A DNA stretch of 32,000 nucleotides from an uncultured archaeon (GCA_964577555.1 CAZNZM010000009.1:7379-39378), one strand, 5' to 3'; positions 8,913 through 18,210 are shown, numbered from the stretch's first letter. A program made the numbers and translations. The notes: a model not told the origin generated them from the letters alone.

Positions 8913-10006
8913 TGGGTTACAATTTGCCTGTAAAAATTATTTTTGGTGAAAAAACATTTCCAATGCTGTTTGAAGAGTTAAGAAATCACGGGATAAAAAA
9001 GCCATTGCTTGTATGCGGAAAAAGTTTTATTGCTTCTTCGCGTTTCAAAGTTTTCAGGGAAAATGTTCCGCGCTTTGAACTTTATTCTGAAATTGAACCT
9101 AATCCTTCAATATATTCTGTTGATTTGGGCGCAAAAATATTGAATTCAAAAGGGTGTGATGCTGTTGTAGGCATAGGTGGTGGAAGCGTATTGGATGCTT
9201 CAAAAGTTATTGCATGTATGAAAAACAGAAAAAAAAGTTGTTTTGGTTTTTATAAAAAAATTGATATTGTTTCCCAAGTTCCTTTTTTTGCGTTGCCTAC
9301 TACTGCTGGTTCAGGGAGTGAAGCAACTAAATTTGCAGTGCTGACAAAACCCGACGGTTCAAAAAAAAGTGTTTTACCTGATGATAGGTTTTATGCAAAA
9401 GTTGCAATAGTTGACCCTGAACTGACTTATACTTGTCCTCCTAATGTGACTGCTTCCTCTGGTTTAGATGCTTTTTGCCAAGGAATTGAAAGTTATTGGG
9501 CTGTGAATTCAACAGAAGAAACCAGAAGGTTTTCCGCTGAAGCGATTTCGCTTGCCTATTACAATTTGGACAAGGCTGTGCAAGAACCTGATAGACAAGT
9601 AAGACATAATATGAGTTTAGCTTCTCTTACTTCGGCAAAGGCTTTCAGCCAAACAGGCACTACTGGTTGTCATCAGGTTTCATATGCATTTACCAAATAT
9701 TACGGCATTGCGCATGGTTTTGCCGTAGCACTTGTCCTTCCATGGTTTCTTGAGTTTTATTACTCTAAGGTTCCTGAACGTTGCAACGAAATTTGCAAGC
9801 TGATTGGAGCAAAAAATATTGAAGATGCACAAAACAAAATAAGGAGTATGATGCGTTTTATTGGTGCTCCTGTTTCTTTGCGCGACATAGGTTGCAAAGT
9901 TGAAGATTTTGAAAAAATTGTCAAAATGTCAGTCGGTAAAAGAGAACAAAATCCAATACAACACAAGAAAAGCGATTTAATGCGAATGCTTAAAGAGATT
10001 TTTTGA
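8912..10006 (+). CDS. iron-containing (group III) alcohol dehydrogenase family oxidoreductase
   Basis: GIGGGSVLDASK and LPTTAGSGSEATKFAV are present, and the histidine-containing segments CHQVSYAF and AHGFAVALVLP fit the Fe-ADH family. GTG 8912 has SD AGGTGG (8901-8906) and overlaps the fen1 stop by 1 nt. The track start is 8903. Substrate is unknown. Confidence 0.8.
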   Translation: MGYNLPVKIIFGEKTFPMLFEELRNHGIKKPLLVCGKSFIASSRFKVFRENVPRFELYSEIEPNPSIYSVDLGAKILNSKGCDAVVGIGGGSVLDASKVIACMKNRKKSCFGFYKKIDIVSQVPFFALPTTAGSGSEATKFAVLTKPDGSKKSVLPDDRFYAKVAIVDPELTYTCPPNVTASSGLDAFCQGIESYWAVNSTEETRRFSAEAISLAYYNLDKAVQEPDRQVRHNMSLASLTSAKAFSQTGTTGCHQVSYAFTKYYGIAHGFAVALVLPWFLEFYYSKVPERCNEICKLIGAKNIEDAQNKIRSMMRFIGAPVSLRDIGCKVEDFEKIVKMSVGKREQNPIQHKKSDLMRMLKEIF

Positions 10007-11255
10007 CGATTAGTTTTTTTTTGAAAAATTTTTTAGCATATCCAATAAGATATATTGAGCCAGTTATTAGAAGCAAACTTTTTTTGTCTGTTTTTTTTAA
10101 CGCTGAAATTATTGCTTTTTTTGGATTTGGTTCAACCAAGCCAAAACCTATTTCTTGCCTTAATTCAAAGGGGTTTTTTGCCCTGTTGGAATCCGGTTTT
10201 GTCAGTATAAGATTGTCAGCTTTTTTGATTTTTGGAATGCTACTTTTTATGTCTTTGTCATCCAAGACGCCGAAAACCATTGTCAATTTTTTAAATTTAA
10301 ACATTTTAATTGATTCAAAAAGTTTTTTCCAACCATCAGGATTATGGCTTGCATCAATAATTACTTTAGGTTTTTTCATTATTACTTGTATTCTTCCAGG
10401 CCAAAATGTTTTTTTCAATCCTGCGCGTATTGCTTTTACTGGTATTTTTGCTCCTTTTTCTCTTAAAGCAATTGCACAAGCTGTTGCAATTGCCGCGTTT
10501 TCTATTTGATAGGAACCTATTAACTTTGTTTTTAAGCCTTTGATTTTTACTGGTTTTTCAAGGCTGAATTCGTTTCCACTCAAATTTGATTTGACTTTTT
10601 TCCATTCAACCACAAAAACTTTGCAATTATTGTTTTTTGCTTTTTGCAAAATTGTTTTTAAGCCAAGATTATTTTTTCCAACCACCACAATTGAATCTTT
10701 TTTTATGATGCCTGCTTTTTCCAAAGCAATTTTTTCAATTGTATTGCCAAGGTATTGCGTATGTTCAAGCGAGATTGAGGTTATTGCACAAACAATGCCT
10801 TTGAGTACGTTTGTTGCATCCAAACGCCCCCCCATTCCAACTTCTGCCACCAAATAATCTATTTTTTGCTTTTCAAAATAAATAAATGCCATTAAAGTTA
10901 TTGCTTCAAAGTAATTAGGTTTAATTTTATTGGAATCTATTATTTTCTTTACTTTTCGAGCCAACTTTGAAAATTCTTTTTTTGAAATGTCTTTTCCGTT
11001 GATTTTTATTCTTTCAGTAGGCTCCACAAGATGAGGTGAACTGTAAAATCCTGTTTTATAACCTGATTGAATCAAAATTGTTGATATGAATTGGCATGTT
11101 GAACCTTTGCCATTGCTTCCGGCAACATGAATGGTTTTGAATTTTTCAGGTTTTATTTTGGCGATTTTGCAAAGCAATTTTATTGTTTCAAGATTGAATC
11201 CTTTCATTGCCATTTTCAACGATTTTAACCATTCTTTACTTTGTTTGTAATTCAT
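9990..11255 (-). CDS. folC: folylpolyglutamate synthase / dihydrofolate synthase-like Mur-ligase family protein
   Basis: The P-loop HVAGSNGKGST, SPHLV, EVGMGGRLDATN and a Mur-ligase C-terminal domain pattern are present. ATG 11255 has SD-like AGTGG upstream. The track ORF opens at 11315. Confidence 0.8.
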   Translation of the reverse strand: MNYKQSKEWLKSLKMAMKGFNLETIKLLCKIAKIKPEKFKTIHVAGSNGKGSTCQFISTILIQSGYKTGFYSSPHLVEPTERIKINGKDISKKEFSKLARKVKKIIDSNKIKPNYFEAITLMAFIYFEKQKIDYLVAEVGMGGRLDATNVLKGIVCAITSISLEHTQYLGNTIEKIALEKAGIIKKDSIVVVGKNNLGLKTILQKAKNNNCKVFVVEWKKVKSNLSGNEFSLEKPVKIKGLKTKLIGSYQIENAAIATACAIALREKGAKIPVKAIRAGLKKTFWPGRIQVIMKKPKVIIDASHNPDGWKKLFESIKMFKFKKLTMVFGVLDDKDIKSSIPKIKKADNLILTKPDSNRAKNPFELRQEIGFGLVEPNPKKAIISALKKTDKKSLLLITGSIYLIGYAKKFFKKKLIVKKSL

Positions 11256-11346
11256 CACAGCCACTTTTCTAATAAAAATTTTCAATTTTATAGAATTTTT
11301 TTGTATTGCAAGCAATTTTAATGCGTTTAGTTATAATCTAATAATA

Positions 11347-11985
11347 ATGTTTAAGAGAGCAATCCTTGTTTGCAATGGAAGCCTTACAACAAAAGAATTT
11401 TATTCAATAGTAACAAAAGACGATTTTATTGTTGCAGTAGACGGCGGAGCCAACAAATTGTTAAAGACTAAGTTTGTTCCGAATATTATAATTGGGGACA
11501 TGGATTCCATAAATTCCACTGCGAAAAAAAAATATTCAAAAGTAACTAAAATATGTTTTCCAAGGGAAAAAGACCTTTTAGACCTTGAACTTGCGATTAA
11601 TTATTGCATAGAACAAAAATTTTCTGAAATAGTAATTTTGGGTGCGTTTGGTAGCAGGCATGATATGTCTTTGACCAATGTTTTTTTGCTTTCACAAATT
11701 CCTGAAAATATTAATGCAAAAATAGTTAATGGTTCTCAAGAGATTTTTCTTATTCGTAAAAATGAATTAGTTTTGTCAGGAATTCCAGGGGAAAAGATTT
11801 CAATTTTTCCGATAAAAGGTGATGCCAAAGGTATTACTTTAGAGGGGTTCAAGTATTGTGTCCAAAATTATGATTTGCGTTTTGGCATAGGTTTTGGTTT
11901 GAGCAATGAATTTAAAAACAAAAAAGCTAGGATTTCGTTCAAAGACGGAATGTTGCTATGCGTGCATTTTCACAAATGGTTTTGA
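11347..11985 (+). CDS. thiamine pyrophosphokinase
   Basis: 212 aa. VAVDGGANKLL, IIGDMDS, and a C-terminal thiamine-binding beta domain pattern (ISIFP..G...GITLEGFKY) are present. Confidence 0.8.
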   Translation: MFKRAILVCNGSLTTKEFYSIVTKDDFIVAVDGGANKLLKTKFVPNIIIGDMDSINSTAKKKYSKVTKICFPREKDLLDLELAINYCIEQKFSEIVILGAFGSRHDMSLTNVFLLSQIPENINAKIVNGSQEIFLIRKNELVLSGIPGEKISIFPIKGDAKGITLEGFKYCVQNYDLRFGIGFGLSNEFKNKKARISFKDGMLLCVHFHKWF

Positions 11986-12015
11986 TTTATATTTTTGTTC
12001 CTTGTCGCTTTTGTT

Positions 12016-13035
12016 ATGAAAACTGGCTTTGCAAATTTGTTGTTGGCTTTCATTTTGTTGATTTTTTTGTTAGGTTGCGTTGAAGAGAAGAAACCTGATT
12101 TGGTTGTTTATACTTATGATTCTTTTGCATCTGAGTATGGTTTGGGCCCAAAGATTGTACCGCTGTTTGAAAAAGAATGCAATTGCAAGGTAAGGCTTTC
12201 TTCCAAGGGGGATGCAGGCCAAATGCTTAATGCTCTTATTCTTGAAAAGGATAATCCTAAGGCAGACGTAGTGATTGGAATAGACAATAGCATGGCTTCG
12301 GTTGCAATAAAATCAGGTGTGCTTGAAAAGTTTGTACCTCGGAATGTTTCAATTGTTCCAAAAGAACTAATTTTTGATAGTGAAAGTTATTTGATTCCGT
12401 TTGATTATGGATATTTTGCTTTTATTTATGATTCAAATAAAATTGATTTTTCTTTGAATAGTTTTGATTCTTTGTTGGATGAGAGATTGGAAGGGAAAGT
12501 AGTTATTCAAAATCCTCGCACTTCTTCACCTGGCTTGGGTTTGCTTTTATGGACTGTTGCGGTTTATGGCGATCCAGGTTACAAGGATTTCTGGAGAAAA
12601 TTCAGAAAAAATGTTCTTACTGTAACCGAGAGTTGGGATCAATCAGCAGGCTTGTTTAGTGCAGGCGAGGCTCTGATTTATTTGAGTTATGCAACTTCGC
12701 CGCCTTATTATGTTCAGTTTGAAAATAAAAAAAATTATATTGCCGCGGATTTTACTGAAGGACATTATTTGCAAGTTGAAGGCATTGGCATTGTAAAAAG
12801 CTCAAAAAACAGGTTTCTTGCAGAAAAATTTGTAGAATTTTCTTTGATGGAAAGCTTTCAAAAGGAAATTCCTTTGTCGCAATTCATGTTTCCTGTCAAT
12901 AAGCGTGTTGCTTTGCCTGAATCCTTTAAATATGCTTTGAAGCCTAAAAAACAGCTTTCTTTAGATCCTTTATTGGTCGCTGAAAAACAGGAAGAGTGGG
13001 TTTCAGAATGGGAAAAAATAATGAGAGCTGGATAA
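12016..13035 (+). CDS. thiB: thiamine ABC transporter substrate-binding lipoprotein
   Basis: Signal peptide with lipobox-like LLGC, then a periplasmic-binding-protein pattern resembling ThiB/TbpA. It lies directly upstream of thiP/thiQ-like genes. The start is uncertain (11995 TTG or 12016 ATG). Confidence 0.7.
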   Translation: MKTGFANLLLAFILLIFLLGCVEEKKPDLVVYTYDSFASEYGLGPKIVPLFEKECNCKVRLSSKGDAGQMLNALILEKDNPKADVVIGIDNSMASVAIKSGVLEKFVPRNVSIVPKELIFDSESYLIPFDYGYFAFIYDSNKIDFSLNSFDSLLDERLEGKVVIQNPRTSSPGLGLLLWTVAVYGDPGYKDFWRKFRKNVLTVTESWDQSAGLFSAGEALIYLSYATSPPYYVQFENKKNYIAADFTEGHYLQVEGIGIVKSSKNRFLAEKFVEFSLMESFQKEIPLSQFMFPVNKRVALPESFKYALKPKKQLSLDPLLVAEKQEEWVSEWEKIMRAG

Positions 13036-14609
13036 TTCCTTTGGTTTTCCTTTGGCTTTTTTTTCTTGCTTTTTTTGTTTATCCTGTTGTCGTTGTTTTT
13101 TCAAAAGTTTTTTCTATTGATGCATTATTCAGGGCTTTCAGGGTTTTTCATGTTGATTTGCTTTTGAACTCTTTTTCGCAAGCTTTTGTTTCAACTTTGA
13201 TTTCTTTTATTATCGGATTTCCAATAGCATATATATTAGCCAATAGGGATTTTCCCGGAAGACGTGTATTGATGGCTATTTCCTTGGTTCCTTTTGTTTT
13301 TCCTTCTGTATTAGTGGTTCTTTCTTTTGTTATTGTTTTTGGAAATAATGGATGGCTAAACAATGCTCTTGCTTTTTTTGGTTTGCCGCGGATTTTTTTT
13401 CTTTATGGTTTTTGGGGGATAGTGCTTGCACACGCATTTTACAATTTTCCTATAGTAATGAGGTTTGTATCTGATGCGTGGGAAAGAATTGGAAGCCGAT
13501 TGCCTGACGCTGCGAAGTCCTTGGGAGCCAACAGTTTTCAGGTTTTTTTTCGGATAATTTTGCCACAGCTTTTTCCTTCAATTGTTTCTTCATGTTCTTT
13601 GGTGTTTATTTATTGTTTTACCAGTTTTGCAATAGTGCTTGCTTTTGGTGGACTCCAATTCACTAATTTTGAGGCTGAAATTTATAGGCAAATTTTCAGG
13701 AATTTGGATTTAAGCCTTGGCGCAGTTCTCGCCTTTTTTCAATTTGTCATTCTTTTAGTTGTTTCTTTTTTGTATTTGTATTATTCTGAAAAGTTTGGGG
13801 TGGCACAATACGGTTTTTTGTTGAAAAGAAAAAAATTGAATTTTTTTTCTTGGTTTGGTTTTTTTGAGTTTTGCATTGTTTTTATTGTTTTTTTGTTTGT
13901 GACTTTGCCTGTTTTGGCTGTTTTGGTTTTTGCATTTGATTTGGATTCGGGATTTTTGAATTTTAGAGCTTTTTTAAAAATTTTAAATTTCCAACAAGGC
14001 ATTGTTGAAGTTTCGCCGCTTAAATCGGTTTTTTATAGTTTAGTAATTGCATTTTTTTCTTCTTTGATTTCCGTATTTTTAGGTTTTATTGGCTCTATTT
14101 ATGTAAAGCGTTTTTCCTTTGTCAATCTTTTTTTTGTTTCTTCAATAGCTGTTTCTGTTGTTACTTTGGGTTTTGGTTATTATTTGGGTTTTGGAGTTGA
14201 TGGCGGCAATATTTTAATGATTTTGATTGGACACTCGGTTTTGTCTTTTCCATTTGCTTTTAGGATTTTATCTAATGCATTTTTGTCTGTTCAAAAAGAA
14301 GTATTTGATGCAGCTTTTTCTTTGGGTGCGAACAAGTTTCAAAGATTTTACTTGGTTTACTTTCCAATGCTCAAATATGCTTTTTTTGCTGCTTTTGCTT
14401 TTTCTTTTGCTGTATCTTTGGGAGAACTTGGCTTGACTTTGATTTTGTATGATGGGGTTTATGCTACCATGCCTGTTTATATTTATAGGTTAATTTCAAC
14501 TTATGATTTCAGGGCTGCTGCTGCCATGGGCTTTCTGCTTTTTTTGTTGAGTTTTTTGTGTTTTTATGTTATTGAACGCTTTTCAAGGTATAGGCAGGTG
14601 GTGTTGTGA
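13008..14609 (+). CDS. thiP: thiamine ABC transporter permease (duplicated MetI-like domains)
   Basis: About 530-aa polytopic protein with two permease halves, the architecture of ThiP. The start is uncertain (GTG 12996 or ATG 13008). Confidence 0.75.
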   Translation: MGKNNESWIIPLVFLWLFFLAFFVYPVVVVFSKVFSIDALFRAFRVFHVDLLLNSFSQAFVSTLISFIIGFPIAYILANRDFPGRRVLMAISLVPFVFPSVLVVLSFVIVFGNNGWLNNALAFFGLPRIFFLYGFWGIVLAHAFYNFPIVMRFVSDAWERIGSRLPDAAKSLGANSFQVFFRIILPQLFPSIVSSCSLVFIYCFTSFAIVLAFGGLQFTNFEAEIYRQIFRNLDLSLGAVLAFFQFVILLVVSFLYLYYSEKFGVAQYGFLLKRKKLNFFSWFGFFEFCIVFIVFLFVTLPVLAVLVFAFDLDSGFLNFRAFLKILNFQQGIVEVSPLKSVFYSLVIAFFSSLISVFLGFIGSIYVKRFSFVNLFFVSSIAVSVVTLGFGYYLGFGVDGGNILMILIGHSVLSFPFAFRILSNAFLSVQKEVFDAAFSLGANKFQRFYLVYFPMLKYAFFAAFAFSFAVSLGELGLTLILYDGVYATMPVYIYRLISTYDFRAAAAMGFLLFLLSFLCFYVIERFSRYRQVVL

Positions 14610-15319
14610 AAATTTCTCTTGACAATGTTTCAATTGCTTTTTATGATTGGAGTATGAAGGATTTTTCAGTTGATTTTCCATCAGGTTCTTTTTCGTCAAT
14701 TCTTGGCCCAAGTGGTTGTGGAAAAACTACTTTGTTGAGGCTAATCGCTGGATTGGAAACTCCTGTTTCGGGAAAAATTTTTTTTAATGATGTTGATTAT
14801 AGTTTTGTTCCGCCTGAAAAAAGAAATATCGGCTTTGTTTTTCAGAATGACGCTCTTTTTTCGCATCTTACTGTCAGTGGCAATGTCGCATTTGGGCTTG
14901 AGGTAAGGGGTGAAAAAAATATTGGTGAAAAAGTGGCTTCTTTGCTTGCCTTGGTTGGTTTGAGTGGATTTGGCAATCGCAATATAGAACATCTTAGTGG
15001 TGGTGAAAAAAAGAGGGTTGTGATTGCACGCGCTTTGGCTTATTATCCTAAAGTGATTTTGCTTGATGAGCCTTTTAATGGGCTGGATGGAAATTTGAGG
15101 ACAAAACTTAAATCTTTGTTGAAAGACTTGCAAAAAAAATTTGGTTTGACGATAATAATGGCGACGCATGATTTGAATGATGCATTGAATTTGTCTGACA
15201 AAATAGTTGTTATGAATAAAGGAAAAATTGAACAGGTTGGCACTCCGAAAGAAATAATTTTCAAGCCTAAGAATTTTTTTGTCAAAGATTTTGTTTCAGA
15301 TGTGTGGTTTTTGAAATGA
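14606..15319 (+). CDS. thiQ: ABC transporter ATP-binding protein (thiamine import, ThiQ-like)
   Basis: Walker A GPSGCGKTT, signature LSGGEKKR and Walker B ILLDEP are present. The GTG start overlaps the thiP stop (GTGA) and has SD AGGTGG at 14596-14601. Confidence 0.8.
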   Translation: MKISLDNVSIAFYDWSMKDFSVDFPSGSFSSILGPSGCGKTTLLRLIAGLETPVSGKIFFNDVDYSFVPPEKRNIGFVFQNDALFSHLTVSGNVAFGLEVRGEKNIGEKVASLLALVGLSGFGNRNIEHLSGGEKKRVVIARALAYYPKVILLDEPFNGLDGNLRTKLKSLLKDLQKKFGLTIIMATHDLNDALNLSDKIVVMNKGKIEQVGTPKEIIFKPKNFFVKDFVSDVWFLK

Positions 15320-15976
15320 TTTATAATCAGTGCTTATTTTGCCTTTCATTGGCACGAATTGAAAAATCAGACCTTCAAAAGTTGTTATCAACGGGTTGTT
15401 TTTGTTTTTTATTATGCATTGCATGATTTGTTGAAATTCATCTCCTATTGGGGCAACTATTTTTCCGTTTTCATTTAATTGTTCGAATAGCGGTTTTGGC
15501 ACGAATGGACATGCACAACTTATTATTATTCTGTCAAATGGCGCTTTTTCTTTTAATCCTTTTGAACCGTCTTCATTAATTATTTCAATGTTTTTTATTC
15601 CTTCCTTTAAAAGATTTTTTTTGCATTGTTCTGCAAGTTCTTTTATTATTTCTATGCCGTAAACTTTTCCATCTTGTCCAACGATTTTTGACATCAAAGC
15701 CAATACGTAACCTGAGCCTGAACCAATTTCAAGTACTTTCATGCCGGGTTTTAGGTCAAGCATTTCAAGCATTATTGCAATTGTGCTTGGCTGGGAAATT
15801 GTTTGTCCATAACCTATTGAAATAGCTTCATCATAGTAAGCATATTCCTTGTTTTTTTCTGGGATAAAATTTTCTCTTTTCACTGCTAAGAATGCTTCTT
15901 TTATTTCTTTTTTCTTTATTGAAAAGCCTGAAATGTATTCAACCAATTTTTTTCTTTCAAGTTCGAAATCAATCAT
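15296..15976 (-). CDS. pcm: protein-L-isoaspartate O-methyltransferase
   Basis: GQTISQPSTIAIMLE and VLEIGSGSGY (SAM-binding motif) are present, and the 226-aa length is typical of Pcm. Its 3' end overlaps the thiQ 3' end by 24 nt (convergent). Confidence 0.9.
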   Translation of the reverse strand: MIDFELERKKLVEYISGFSIKKKEIKEAFLAVKRENFIPEKNKEYAYYDEAISIGYGQTISQPSTIAIMLEMLDLKPGMKVLEIGSGSGYVLALMSKIVGQDGKVYGIEIIKELAEQCKKNLLKEGIKNIEIINEDGSKGLKEKAPFDRIIISCACPFVPKPLFEQLNENGKIVAPIGDEFQQIMQCIIKNKNNPLITTFEGLIFQFVPMKGKISTDYKSFQKPHI

Positions 15977-16895
15977 TTAGTTCTTCCCTTTCCCTAATTA
16001 GTTTTTTTAGTTCTTTTAGCTTGTTTATCGTGTCTAAATCTTCTTCCTCTATTATTGGAATTCCTTCCACGTTTTTGTATTTGTATTCTTTTGTTATTAT
16101 TATTGAATCTGAATCAATTATCGTGCTTGTTTTTTTCAATTCAATTGCTTTTTTTGGTATATCGAATTTCCCTTTTCCTGTTCCTATGAAAATGCCTTTG
16201 TCGTTTTCATTGTCGCCGTAAGCTTTGAATGGGGAGTGTGAAAAAAGAGCCATTTTCAGCCCTAATTCATGGATTTTTTCTAGAATTTTGTCATTTGGAT
16301 GTTCATCAAAAATTATTGGATCAGTTATTTTTTCAAAAACCTTTATTTCCTTTATAAGTTTTTCATTGAGTATTTTTTCTATTTTTAATGCGGTTTCAAG
16401 TGATGTGCTTGCTCCTTTTTCAAATCTGTACATTGATTCAGGTTTAACGCCTATTTGTTCGGCAAGTTCTTCTGGTTCTATTTCAAGTTGTTTCCTTTTT
16501 AATTTCAATTTTTCAAAATCAATATCAACTATGTGTTTGCCTTTAAAGTATCTTACTATTGGCTGGCGATTTTCTAAAAGTCTTTCAAAAGTATTCAAAT
16601 CCATGGTTGGTATGTCATACCTGTAATAAACCGTATTGTTTTGAAGCCTGAATACTTTTGTTTTTTTTCCTATTATTATACAATTAGCGTTTAATAGTTT
16701 GGCTAGTTTTTTCAGTTCTTCGCCTTGACATTTTCTTATTGAATCAATGTTTTCATATACTTTTATTATAATTGTAACATTATTTTTTTTTGCGATAAGG
16801 TCAAAGCAATTGTTTGAACCAGAAAATATTTCGACTAAAAAATTTTTTCTTTTCAGGGTTGAAACCAATCTTGTAACTTCTTCGGAAATAGTCAT
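15969..16895 (-). CDS. archaeal putative HTH-type transcriptional regulator (COG1395-like, XRE-type HTH in the middle)
   Basis: 308 aa. The central segment LKLKRKQLEIEPEELAEQIGVKPESMYRFEKGASTSLETALKIEKIL is an XRE-type HTH. The overall architecture resembles the conserved archaeal family of about 310-320 aa. Overlaps with pcm (8 nt) and the UbiA gene (ATGA) indicate an operon. Confidence 0.7.
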   Translation of the reverse strand: MTISEEVTRLVSTLKRKNFLVEIFSGSNNCFDLIAKKNNVTIIIKVYENIDSIRKCQGEELKKLAKLLNANCIIIGKKTKVFRLQNNTVYYRYDIPTMDLNTFERLLENRQPIVRYFKGKHIVDIDFEKLKLKRKQLEIEPEELAEQIGVKPESMYRFEKGASTSLETALKIEKILNEKLIKEIKVFEKITDPIIFDEHPNDKILEKIHELGLKMALFSHSPFKAYGDNENDKGIFIGTGKGKFDIPKKAIELKKTSTIIDSDSIIITKEYKYKNVEGIPIIEEEDLDTINKLKELKKLIREREELND

Positions 16896-17695
16896 ATTGA
16901 TCCCACTATGAAAGCAATTAAACTTATTATCATTCCGTATTTGCTCAATTTGCTTGCAAAAGCATAATCCTGGTTACTGTATTTTAGTGCTGATTCCATG
17001 AATAATATTGATGCAACGCCTATTAATGGAATATAAAACCAATTTTTCATTGTTCCCAAATAAATCAAAAAAATTGCTAAGCTTATCGCAAGAGAATATA
17101 ATGTTAATATATAATTGTTTAACAAGCTTTTTTTTACAATCATTGGAAGCGTTTTTTTTGTTCCTTTGTCTCCGCTTTGGTCTTGCGTGTCTTTTATTAT
17201 TTCTCTGGCTGCATTTGCAAAAATTGCTGAAAAAGCAGGCAATATTACTGGGTAATAGTTTTGTGAAACAGCTGCGCCATATACAAGTGTCGCGCTTGTG
17301 CCTATTGCAACAACCCAATTGCCAATTATTTTGATTTTTTGCATTAGGCTTGAATATAATATTAGAAAAATTGAAACCGTTGCCGCAATAAATATTGCGT
17401 GTTTGTTTATGAATGCGGCCAGGAATATTCCTGCGCCAAAAAATAGCATTGAGATTTTATAAAATTTTTTGTTTGAAGTTTTTTCTTTTCCTAGCCTTCT
17501 GTCAACTTCTTTATCATAAAAATCATTTATGAGGTTTCCTGCTCCTGTAATCAATGCAGCCGAAAGCATTGCCAAAAAAATCTTATATTCTAAAATCAAA
17601 CCACCAGCTACTATAATGCTACCGGCAATTACACCTATGGCTGAGATAAAACAATTTTCTATGCGAACAGCCTTTGCCAATTCAGTTGGTTTCAT
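16892..17695 (-). CDS. UbiA-family prenyltransferase, probable digeranylgeranylglyceryl phosphate (DGGGP) synthase
   Basis: Polytopic 267-aa protein with NDFYDKEVDR (NxxxDxxxD) and a second Asp-rich segment IIKDTQDQSGD. The size and motifs fit archaeal lipid DGGGP synthase, but other UbiA substrates are not excluded. Confidence 0.65.
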   Translation of the reverse strand: MKPTELAKAVRIENCFISAIGVIAGSIIVAGGLILEYKIFLAMLSAALITGAGNLINDFYDKEVDRRLGKEKTSNKKFYKISMLFFGAGIFLAAFINKHAIFIAATVSIFLILYSSLMQKIKIIGNWVVAIGTSATLVYGAAVSQNYYPVILPAFSAIFANAAREIIKDTQDQSGDKGTKKTLPMIVKKSLLNNYILTLYSLAISLAIFLIYLGTMKNWFYIPLIGVASILFMESALKYSNQDYAFASKLSKYGMIISLIAFIVGSI

Positions 17696-17791
17696 GCATT
17701 AAAAATATTATAATTGTTGATTAAATGTTTTTGGTTTTGAATGCTTGACAAAATAATGTGGCTTTGTTGTTCATGCAGGTTTTGTTAAATT

Positions 17792-17959
17792 TTATCCTGC
17801 CTTCTTTTTGCCTTTTTTTCTTTGTCTAAGCTTGTTTGAACCGCACTTTCTGCATTTTTCAGGTTTTGTGCCTTTGCCGCTTCTGTTTCTATGGTTGCAT
17901 CTCATGCAAATCCATACGCCTTTAAAAATCCTGTTTGCAGATGCAGGTACCAATGCCAT
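17792..17959 (-). CDS. rpl40e: ribosomal protein eL40 (L40e)
   Basis: Hand-translated 55-aa ORF absent from the track: MALVPASANRIFKGVWICMRCNHRNRSGKGTKPEKCRKCGSNKLRQRKKGKKKAG. The CxxC...CxxC zinc ribbon with ICMRC...KCRKCG..LR matches eL40. Confidence 0.8.
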   Translation of the reverse strand: MALVPASANRIFKGVWICMRCNHRNRSGKGTKPEKCRKCGSNKLRQRKKGKKKAG

Positions 17960-18076
17960 TAAAAAATCACCTTGAAATTCTTTAAATTTGGATAAATATT
18001 TTTGTAATAATCTTATTATTCCCTCAAGTGAAACAATTTTAAATGGATTTGGTTGGCAGATTATTAATCATAATTT

Positions 18077-18151
18077 GCCCTGATCGTCTAGTCCGGTCAA
18101 GGACACCGGCCTTTCAAGCCGAAAACCCGGGTTCAAATCCCGGTCAGGGCA
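18077..18151 (+). tRNA. tRNA-Glu (anticodon UUC)
   Basis: The 75-nt cloverleaf was folded by hand. Acceptor GCCCTGA/TCAGGGC, D stem GTCT/GGAC, anticodon loop CTTTCAA and T arm CCGGG-TTCAAAT-CCCGG. There is no encoded CCA and no intron. Confidence 0.9.
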
Positions 18152-18200
18152 ATTATTTGAAAAAACATTTTTTTAAAGCAAGGTTTCGTGCCAGATAAAA

Positions 18201-18210
18201 TTAAATATAA
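18201..18210 (+). promoter_or_regulatory. TATA-box-like element upstream of ATG 18237
   Basis: TTAAATATAA is centred about 32 nt upstream of ATG 18237. It is not correctly placed for TTG 18268. Confidence 0.3.

Noticed and set aside
11316-12015. TPP riboswitch upstream of the thiamine kinase/transport genes, and preQ1 riboswitch upstream of yhhQ (19666-19780)
   Set aside because: The intergenic regions before TPK (31 nt) and thiB (9-30 nt) are too short for a riboswitch. The yhhQ upstream region shows only a weak 5-bp hairpin (CCAAT...ATTGG) with none of the conserved preQ1 aptamer features.
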